Virus record (IMG/VR): IMGVR_UViG_2786546475_000032
Coordinates: 39,048-103,047 of that record
Length of the DNA stretch: 64,000 nucleotides
Source: a virus
Lineage: Duplodnaviria > Caudoviricetes
Strand: one strand, 5' to 3'
The stretch's first letter is position 1; each line of letters starts with the position of its first letter. A model generated the notes under the pieces. That model had not been told where the DNA came from and ran no database searches. It saw nothing but the letters and a program-made list of their open reading frames with translations. The translations under genes and the position numbers were made by a program. Positions 58,001-64,000 of this stretch are shown in pieces.

Positions 58001-60749
58001 TATCAAGGATGCTTTCTCTAACGATCCACAAGGTTTGGAACAGGCTTACAAAACCCTCTTAGATCTTCAAAACCAGTATGTCGATAATGTCGGTGAACAG
58101 GTATTGAGGCTCAAATTGGAATTCTTTACTGACGAACAATTTAAGAATGTTCTAGAGGCGGTTAAGGATAAGGCTGTTACATTAAAGCTAGATGTTCTCA
58201 CTCAAACAAACTTGAATGAGTTTAATTTCGATCAGATAGTTGAAGTTATCAAAGGTTTCAAAGATATTGATGATATAGCCTTCTTCACTAGTGAGGATGA
58301 GTTAGGTAAATTCAATGCTGCTTTTGATAGATTACGTTTGGCTATGGGGCAGATTGAAACTCTATATGGGGAACACACAAAAAGGCTTCAAGATCTTAAT
58401 GGTGAGATCGATCAGTCCAAGATCCAATTTGATGGACTGAGTAAAGCTTCATCGAAAGCGACCTTAGCTTTGGCAGGTATGGCTGAATTCATTACTAAAA
58501 ATATCATTAATGAAAAAGGTCAAATCGGTCGCAAAGAACGTGCTGAAGTTAAGAAGAGATTTGGTGGGTTCATCTCGGGTTATGGTGGCGGAGATATTGT
58601 TCCAGCTATGTTAGAGCCGGGTGAATATGTTATCCCGAAAGAGGCTGTGCGAAAGTATGGCACAACATTCTTCGAGAATATCCGTTCGGGCCGTATCAAC
58701 GGCTTTACATTGGGTGGTGCAATTCCCGGTGCTATTGGTGGTGGAGCCCCCGGTGTCTTCAGATCTCCTAGTTCATCATTGGGAAGTCTTGTAGATGTTG
58801 TTAGAACGCAGAGTTCAGATATATCCAAGTTGTTATCAGCTAGTTTTGTCAGAATTCAAGGTCTCGGTGATGTCTTAATAGAACTCGGTGGTAAATTAGA
58901 TGAACAAGAGGCGGCTCTAAAAATTGCTGAAGAGCAAAGGAATATAGCCAAGAAGCAAACTGATGTTTATGAAAAGGTTTCCAAACAGCAGACTCAATCA
59001 GCTAGTAAAGATTCCGAAGAGCAATCCAAGGAGTTTGCTAGTAATTTAAAACTGCTTACTGACGTATTAGAGCGTAGAGCGGCTAGGGCTCAAACTGGCG
59101 CTGATATAAGATCGGTAGCTCCAGGGTTAGATATTGGTTTAACTCTATTCCAAGATTCCCTTGAGCAAGCTCGTGGTCAAGTAGCGACATTCCTATCTGG
59201 TTTCTTTGTCCCAGAATTTGCCAAGGCTAATACCGAGGTTTATGAAGGGTTCATCGAAAACATAAGAGGTATCAACGCCGCTTACGCTGATTCAGTAAAT
59301 CAATCTCAAATTGGTTTAAAGAGAAATGAGTCTTCTTACTATGATTATCTAAACGCGATAGAGGATGCTGAGAACCAGCGTATCAAATCACGTCTGGATG
59401 CTGAAAGACAATATAGAGAATCTCTAATCAAGACCGAGGATGTATTTAGAAAGAAGATAGTCGAGGGATCTGATTTGGTTTTCAATCAATTCAATGAGAG
59501 AATATCGGCTATTCAGAATACTATCAACGAAAGGTTGTTCGGTAACTTGGAAGAGAATATTAACTCTTTGGTCACTGAGATCACGTCAGGTTTAAAAACG
59601 GCCTTCCCTGGATTCCAAGATCTAATCTCGGGTGATGGAAAGTTGTTTACCAAGATCACAGACAAGTTAGGAAATACCTTCGCGGATATTACTGCCGAAC
59701 TAACCGAAAACACACCCAAGCTTCAAAAGTTCTTCGGATCGTTTGAAGGTGATGGTTCCTTGTTAACGATTATTGGTAGCGCGTTTGCGGGTGGTGCTGG
59801 AGCCCTTGTCGGACCTTTGGTTAAGGGGATTCAGTCAGCCTTGACATTTGCTCTACAGGGTGATAACGTCAAGGTTCTAACTAGGTTCATAAAGAGCTTC
59901 GCTACAGATTTGGCCAAGGGCGCACCAACGTTTATTGATGAGATGGTTCGTAATGTTGAAACCGTTGTAAGCGCCTTGATCGAATACGTGCCGGATATTG
60001 TTGATAGCTTGTCGAAGTCTCTACCGGATGTGGTCGATGGTTTGCTCGCGCAAATCGAAAAGGTTGCACCAGTATTGGCGGAGACGATATCGAAGCAGTT
60101 ACCTACTATCATCGGCGTTTTGGTAAGAGTTATAGCTACGCTTCTAAAGGTGGTTATAGATTCGCTACCATTTATTGTTGAAGGGTTAGCGGCTTCTATA
60201 CCAGTGTTGATCGTGGAAGTGATCAAGGGGGTCTTTAAGATTCTACCTTCTCTTTTCCAGGCTATTGTTACCATCCCTACAAGATCTCTCTTCGGAGGAT
60301 TGGGAAGAGGTATTCAAGGTTTGGCTAGAGGAACTTTCCACGAAGGTGGCTTGATTCCTGGCAACTCTAATGATATCCCGATTATCGCTCAAAGCGGTGA
60401 AGGAATTCTATCTAGAGATGGTATGAAAGCTCTCGGTGGTGTAGGAATTTTGGATCAGTTGAATAGAGGAAATGGTATTCAAGATATTATAAGCAACTAT
60501 CATGAAGGTGGTATCGTTTCACGTTCATCAAATAGATTCGAGAGACCTAATAGAAGTTCTAATAACTCAACAACTAATAACTATAACAATCGATTAATGG
60601 TTAACGCTAATGTCGTTACAGACGGTAAAACATCTAGAGCAGATGCCAGAAAGCAAGCCAAAGAGCTTGTTGATGAAATCGAGCTAGAGATTTCCAGAAG
60701 AACGAAGGATGGTAACTCATTAATTTCTCGTAATTTCAAGAGAGACTAA
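52071..60749 (+). CDS. tail tape measure protein
   Basis: 2892 aa helical; TP901-type core AAAQAAGFTFQETAAFLAVL..GTAGRGL. Confidence 0.92.
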   Translation: MAEQVQVGVILNLQGIENIDEAQKELSKFFKDINVGDGLNIGIDKNALKQFQKVVQQFLESINKFQKTVQKEKLEVSIADGDIQKMKRAIEQAFQEALSKIGKSTGKIAAKTAPVNATTKQGLNQVNNSPNDKVATAQLERVADQVKREIATLQRVTREIGVEQDKVIQEISTALGRDVYDGFASFTREASKKITEDLAGVQRSALEQYTKISQAREKAFAEIRGGADRETTKVLMAEIDLLDNSYLPVIKDIISQTEVQRRAIKRRDEAAKESLKIDERRTERLKEVRAFNNQAAQSVKQLVDSFDANAAAQTTQQFARLGDKINNDIKSLQRFKSLNEEFLKSSSGEIENLGRALGLRGKNLEALKKIEDVQGSIAKLANLAREGGGSAPSREQFQTYKQLVASINFYRDAIERAEQDTEEFVANSNKVRTLTGQFRDFTKISKDLAQARSEFGRFTAQLNGTDEEAREAAISLLKLGNDTQTANDKIRRMVASIQQLAATEGHLSSENEDLLRGLKQMEKEFTFMGNSVRNVRGEMKNLINNVDLAGKRFSLYNEDLAKSIVQQFRFINALTIVSSVMFGLRTAFFELNEESRVLARTFTVMQSSAQSFAEVQATVRREVQQTAIEFGESVETTAEVVKQLGSAGFSAETSLAALRSTMQLVIATQADAEASTRTIAGIYRIFGDQIRGTGNDLTAFRTINDVLISVYRNHQVELDELNQGFKFSAAAAQAAGFTFQETAAFLAVLNDNMIKSGTAGRGLQVIFAQLANKTDQFAEAFNIDIDKDSPLNEQFVSILEQVNRQMGNGALSVAELEKQFKVFGLRGARSFITLAKQFTQVEKALTELNDEADGTADRLSGIVENSLNKQFESAKQALIDIARLGVEPLTDALSIAANTLKGFSEFFRNFEGANVIVVLGLVTGGLVVMIQTILAVLRIFAAMGAELRAVAVASVASAEAIEALGNEQLEAAGKTAINNAELAKQGAILEKTSSQTGKLASASGFLAGKGGLLTVLAGAVALGTIAWTSYNSSLLRTRKNLRELGTQVQDINNSTKKLTEFTNELNDIQNKLDNSAIDTEVAGQKIVQAYNKVGSNLVSDAKIVTKTNSEIVESFRELKAEAESLANTKIDLNNQSLESYRIQLQALTSEEFSKELGIDTNIFGKRDTANIALSIENIDDLDEAANDIQRIENRINDVIATRKSEDKLFDRPLFDRDFDLLENELAEARKRFEFLSQGQGTLRKFNEQIDKAILQFGDVNEAVEFLRGNVRRLALDGDESLAAALDKVLDARLTRFETKGLNLVNPEDVDLLNQAVGPMQQIVLLANAPFDNSVFNQAREQILDAAEAAEQTRQEFVSLNETLDLQTNEGRSREFKKILEDQFDLSDFTSLDGFTRLLGTAADFEAELQKDIASGLNKRVQFTSQSFAETLTASLKSTSPSEQAAVLNALNDLLPKKLKFSKAEILKQLEGGISESEAREISNRLFEGVNLQGLADSSFKLLTADGNQFLKVVSAIAESTGQGAAFMKIFTNNVKDDTVQSKLDQTNQSYEKLVDNIKSAIFALNNFNEIGNLRAQARQIRQVFLVLSDSTGSTIEELQAKYVTVLDKLGKRREALKATGESQADDTQIKNLQLESQQLREQLQRLADINKIYKQITDKITASATALRRTNQQTIFLAKQYQAQGAELAYQTEVIAENLNLEIQLLKETEALNGSYDESLDALNSLSEKYNEILETVAQLRELEFDLAQTRFDTLATLEKIISADNKLADAEFRILSASNTIADAQARINALKRDSLRDSTELVEQQNRQAQALLDIFEIFKDIEEKEKKIAKFADDRLNTLKSIRNIVSEQSDSFADTLKDILKSEFDTNKLETALKIADKLGVSYSEVLAKPDQFIDRVVEGVEAGNIRLDNFGNRVTKIGDELTKVSASTRDFNKNIKDIQTAKYEGLVVLAQDLIRRGNLEEASGLFSQIDQSIKDAFSNDPQGLEQAYKTLLDLQNQYVDNVGEQVLRLKLEFFTDEQFKNVLEAVKDKAVTLKLDVLTQTNLNEFNFDQIVEVIKGFKDIDDIAFFTSEDELGKFNAAFDRLRLAMGQIETLYGEHTKRLQDLNGEIDQSKIQFDGLSKASSKATLALAGMAEFITKNIINEKGQIGRKERAEVKKRFGGFISGYGGGDIVPAMLEPGEYVIPKEAVRKYGTTFFENIRSGRINGFTLGGAIPGAIGGGAPGVFRSPSSSLGSLVDVVRTQSSDISKLLSASFVRIQGLGDVLIELGGKLDEQEAALKIAEEQRNIAKKQTDVYEKVSKQQTQSASKDSEEQSKEFASNLKLLTDVLERRAARAQTGADIRSVAPGLDIGLTLFQDSLEQARGQVATFLSGFFVPEFAKANTEVYEGFIENIRGINAAYADSVNQSQIGLKRNESSYYDYLNAIEDAENQRIKSRLDAERQYRESLIKTEDVFRKKIVEGSDLVFNQFNERISAIQNTINERLFGNLEENINSLVTEITSGLKTAFPGFQDLISGDGKLFTKITDKLGNTFADITAELTENTPKLQKFFGSFEGDGSLLTIIGSAFAGGAGALVGPLVKGIQSALTFALQGDNVKVLTRFIKSFATDLAKGAPTFIDEMVRNVETVVSALIEYVPDIVDSLSKSLPDVVDGLLAQIEKVAPVLAETISKQLPTIIGVLVRVIATLLKVVIDSLPFIVEGLAASIPVLIVEVIKGVFKILPSLFQAIVTIPTRSLFGGLGRGIQGLARGTFHEGGLIPGNSNDIPIIAQSGEGILSRDGMKALGGVGILDQLNRGNGIQDIISNYHEGGIVSRSSNRFERPNRSSNNSTTNNYNNRLMVNANVVTDGKTSRADARKQAKELVDEIELEISRRTKDGNSLISRNFKRD

Positions 60750-60754
60750 CACAC

Positions 60755-60793
60755 AAATCCCCACCTCTTTTTAGGGGGTGGGGATTTCTTTTT
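60755..60793 (+). terminator. intrinsic terminator
   Basis: AAATCCCCACC...GGTGGGGATTT then CTTTTT. Confidence 0.8.
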
Positions 60794-60805
60794 AAAGGAG
60801 TTTAA

Positions 60806-63800
60806 ATGACCGTAAGAAGTTTAGTTTATCCTAAAACAAATAAGATCCCCATTGATGGCTCGACTTTCGAGGTTGTATCTGATTTAATCACACAAGATGG
60901 GGATGACAGTTTTTTAAATGGCTATGACTCTAATATTTGGAGCTTGAATACAGCATCGAATGTTACAGTAACTAATGAACCTTTATCTATTCAATTCGAC
61001 ATTGGTACGGGTGGAGCTTTATACCAGCTTGATCTATTATCTTCAAGAGATCAAACAATGCCGTTTTGTATGGAGTTCGGATTCGATTATCTAAAGGACT
61101 CGTCAACATCTGGCGAAGTCGTTGCTTTTGGAGTTCTATTAGATGATACATCAAATTCTTATTTGTTAGAGTTTGCATACGATGATACAAATCCTAATCC
61201 AGTTATTAGAGTTACGAAAAATGGTTCGACTTCAACAGAATATGATTACGACTACACCACCGCTAAAATCAAGATTGTTTCAGTGGGTGGTTATATTCAT
61301 ACATTAGTCAAGAGTCCTGATGATTATGACTTTGTTTTAATAGACTCTTTGGCTATCGGTTTTGATTCAGCGTTTCCAGTAAGCATCTTCGCCAGTGATC
61401 CTTCCGACACAGGCGTTGTGGTATTTAAGCCGTTCAAGCAGCTTCCCGTAACAAGTGGGGCACAGGTATTCGATGACATTTCTACGCCCGTACCTTTGTT
61501 AACACGAGATAATACAGCTAGGTTTAGGTGTGAGCCATCCTTACCGGGAACGTTCGAGTTAACCTTGTATGGAAATGGTTCAAATTTCGGTTCGAGCGAG
61601 GTTGTGGGATCTTTACAGGTTTTAGACAAGCCTTTGAAAGAAGCCTCCCTGAAGTTTATGGTTTCAGATATCGAAGCTTTCTATGATGACGCTACAGAAG
61701 TTACGTTATGCCCCTCGTTTGGTGTATCAGATGCGGAAAACAAAGGCGACTTATCATTAGAGACACAGTGTTTTTGTGATGGGAGTTTGAGGGATTCTTC
61801 TTCAGTAGATATTGAAATCGCGAAGTATGGAAAACTAGATCAGTTCGCTAACAGATTTAATACACCAGAATTCTTATTCAAGGATGAGAGTGATAACTAC
61901 TACGGTCACAACTTCGACTTTAGTAGACTTTATCAGGATTCAGCAGGAGATCTCCTACTAGACACTTCATCTGAAAGATTGTCTATTTTGAGGACTAAAA
62001 TTCTATCAGATGGTCGGAGGGTTTTTTACGGTGTGGCGCATGATCCGCCCGCTGCCGAAGATATTCACTTCGATCTCACCTACGATTGGTCAGGGATTCA
62101 GGACTTGGATCTATTAACTGATTACGATGAATTCGATTGGTTCCTGATTGACGAAGAGAGGAATATCATTGATCAATCTTCAACAACAATCACTATTAGC
62201 AACTATACAGATCCAGGGAATGTTCCAGGGACATCGAACTTAGATCCTGGGAAATACTCTTTAAAACTAGTTTCTTATAAGTATTCAAATTCAGAAACCG
62301 CTGAAAGAGAAGCTTTAAACCAGGGTGCTAAAATCTATGGGGATGTCTATAGAGGAACGAGCACCTCAGATCCACTTATCGTTTCTGGATTTGCTGAAGG
62401 AGAAGCTATCGAGGGTGGGGAAGCTTTTCAAACGTTCGAGATCAACCAGGGGACTTGCTACATCAATTTTGAGGTCGGTGCTCCAAGAGGTCATCTCGTT
62501 GTTTTCGTCCATGATATCTGTAACGATACGATGGTGAAGTATGAGGACGCTAATAACTATGTAAATCTAGATACAAGATCTATTTCATGTTTCGAATACG
62601 ATGATGATAAAATCATGCTCGTTTACAAAAAGGCAACCTCAGATGATTTAAGATCAGTCAGGTCTAATGATTTAACTTGTAGAAGTTTTGATTTATCTAC
62701 TGAGACATTTGGTAGTGAAATTACTTTACAGGTTCCCAATACAAAGAGTACAGATTATATTCATGCATTCGATTGTGAATTGGACGGGACTGATTTATAC
62801 ATCTTTTACTCCATCGAGAATGATGATCTATACATAGCTGATGATTTAAGGAATTTTAATAATCCAAATCCTAGATCTATCAATCACAATAATTACACAG
62901 GTTCCGAAAGAAGATCTATCCCTTTTGCTCCAATTGGACCAAAGGGTTTTAAGGTTTGTAAGATTGATACTAGAATTTGGGACTTTGATAATAATGACAA
63001 TTTCTTCGCGATAGATTACGAGGATTCAAACGTTGATTTAAAATCGCTATCTAACTTTCTTTATAAAGAGGCTGATGCTCGTTACAAACCAGATGGTCAG
63101 GCTTATTTAGGATCTCATTACTCTTACAAGAGGACTTTTGCAGGTTCCATCAGGGTTAACAAAGATCCTTCTACAAACCTATTTGTCGTGTCGGTGTTGG
63201 ATTCTAACACGAGGATGCCAGTTGTCCTATTAGGTAATGATCTGGAATACAAAGAGGTTGCGATTCCTTATCACTTTGATATAAGAGATACGTTAAAATC
63301 TTCAATTTCTTACAACAACAGATCTTGGAGTAACATTGATTCATTCGCCGCTTGTTTCGGTGTTGATGGATTTATTTACTCAGTCGCCACCCGAGGGGAA
63401 TTGATGGAGTTGGGTGTAATCGATCCTAACTTCTATTGGGAATCCAGGCAAACGCTGGCGAAGCCTTCTTTACTAGAGGGTAATCAGTATGAGGATGGAG
63501 ATCTTTTTGTTCCTGAATTCAGGTTCGATGCGGTATCATGCTTATCCTTTGGTAAGGATGGTTTGACAACGAACGAGATTCTTGCTGATATTGTAAGGCA
63601 GAAGCAGTACATGATCTTGAATCATCAATCGTTAGAGTATTCGAAGCAACCGCTGATTCACCAGAATGGTACGATCGATAGGTTGCCTTTTGAAACCTTT
63701 TGCGAGAATATTTGGACGCCAGAATACGGATCTAACACAGACATTTATTCGTCCGGCGCGACTTTTGGGGATACTTACGCCGAGTTACAAACAACTTATC

Positions 63801-64000
63801 CTGTAGCTGGATTATTCGGCGCAACCTTAAATGAAACAACGACTTATAAAAACCGCTATTATATGCTAGATAGGGGTTATAAATTTTATGCAAGATTGCA
63901 GGTTGTGCCTGATGGGGTAGACGACCTCACAGATCCTTATTATTTCTACGCTTATCCGACGGTAGGGTCGGGCGAGTTTAAATTTGACACTCCATTATAC
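60806..64000 (+). CDS. large tail/baseplate protein, partial (runs off window end)
   Basis: AAGGAG SD, MTVRSLVYPKTNKIP...; its absence from the ORF track is consistent with no stop before 64000; follows tape measure gene. Confidence 0.75.
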   Translation, partial: MTVRSLVYPKTNKIPIDGSTFEVVSDLITQDGDDSFLNGYDSNIWSLNTASNVTVTNEPLSIQFDIGTGGALYQLDLLSSRDQTMPFCMEFGFDYLKDSSTSGEVVAFGVLLDDTSNSYLLEFAYDDTNPNPVIRVTKNGSTSTEYDYDYTTAKIKIVSVGGYIHTLVKSPDDYDFVLIDSLAIGFDSAFPVSIFASDPSDTGVVVFKPFKQLPVTSGAQVFDDISTPVPLLTRDNTARFRCEPSLPGTFELTLYGNGSNFGSSEVVGSLQVLDKPLKEASLKFMVSDIEAFYDDATEVTLCPSFGVSDAENKGDLSLETQCFCDGSLRDSSSVDIEIAKYGKLDQFANRFNTPEFLFKDESDNYYGHNFDFSRLYQDSAGDLLLDTSSERLSILRTKILSDGRRVFYGVAHDPPAAEDIHFDLTYDWSGIQDLDLLTDYDEFDWFLIDEERNIIDQSSTTITISNYTDPGNVPGTSNLDPGKYSLKLVSYKYSNSETAEREALNQGAKIYGDVYRGTSTSDPLIVSGFAEGEAIEGGEAFQTFEINQGTCYINFEVGAPRGHLVVFVHDICNDTMVKYEDANNYVNLDTRSISCFEYDDDKIMLVYKKATSDDLRSVRSNDLTCRSFDLSTETFGSEITLQVPNTKSTDYIHAFDCELDGTDLYIFYSIENDDLYIADDLRNFNNPNPRSINHNNYTGSERRSIPFAPIGPKGFKVCKIDTRIWDFDNNDNFFAIDYEDSNVDLKSLSNFLYKEADARYKPDGQAYLGSHYSYKRTFAGSIRVNKDPSTNLFVVSVLDSNTRMPVVLLGNDLEYKEVAIPYHFDIRDTLKSSISYNNRSWSNIDSFAACFGVDGFIYSVATRGELMELGVIDPNFYWESRQTLAKPSLLEGNQYEDGDLFVPEFRFDAVSCLSFGKDGLTTNEILADIVRQKQYMILNHQSLEYSKQPLIHQNGTIDRLPFETFCENIWTPEYGSNTDIYSSGATFGDTYAELQTTYPVAGLFGATLNETTTYKNRYYMLDRGYKFYARLQVVPDGVDDLTDPYYFYAYPTVGSGEFKFDTPLY

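Noticed and set aside
37554-62537. Antisense and alternate-frame ORFs within structural genes (also plus-strand ORFs in 1-36 kb other than 17080-18477)
   Set aside because: Shadow frames of long, well-supported genes without start signals.
1-64000. Stop-codon reassignment
   Set aside because: Long genes are intact in the standard code and TAA, TAG and TGA all terminate coupled genes.

Overview
Segment of a large, AT-rich tailed dsDNA phage genome (siphovirus-like; standard genetic code; strong GGAG Shine-Dalgarno signals). Layout: (i) 1-12.6 kb, leftward early-type genes, including an intron-split tRNA-Leu(UAA) with an HNH homing endonuclease and a RavA-like AAA+/VWA pair, punctuated by repeated promoters and tRNA-like mini-elements; (ii) 12.6-17.0 kb, a largely non-coding control region holding a tandem promoter array, about 8 full and 6 half XerC/D dif-like sites, about 8 sigma54 boxes, orphan sigma70 promoters and long inverted repeats; (iii) 17.0-18.5 kb, a short rightward GC-richer operon; (iv) 18.8-36.3 kb, leftward middle-type genes (extein-less intein/HNH, metallophosphoesterase, T5orf172 nuclease, NUDIX, PIN-PhoH, ThyX, many hypotheticals); (v) 36.7-64 kb, rightward morphogenesis genes (terminase, portal, protease, decoration, major capsid, lysis-type membrane genes, neck, tail tube, chaperones, 2892-aa tape measure, partial tail protein). 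The two most striking unexplained signals are a family of 10-11 anticodon-less tRNA mimics (about 12-bp acceptor+T helix with a T-loop) placed 3' of early genes, and a dense non-coding cluster of host-protein binding sites (XerCD dif plus RpoN boxes). All calls come from reading the sequence and motifs by eye; no database searches were run.
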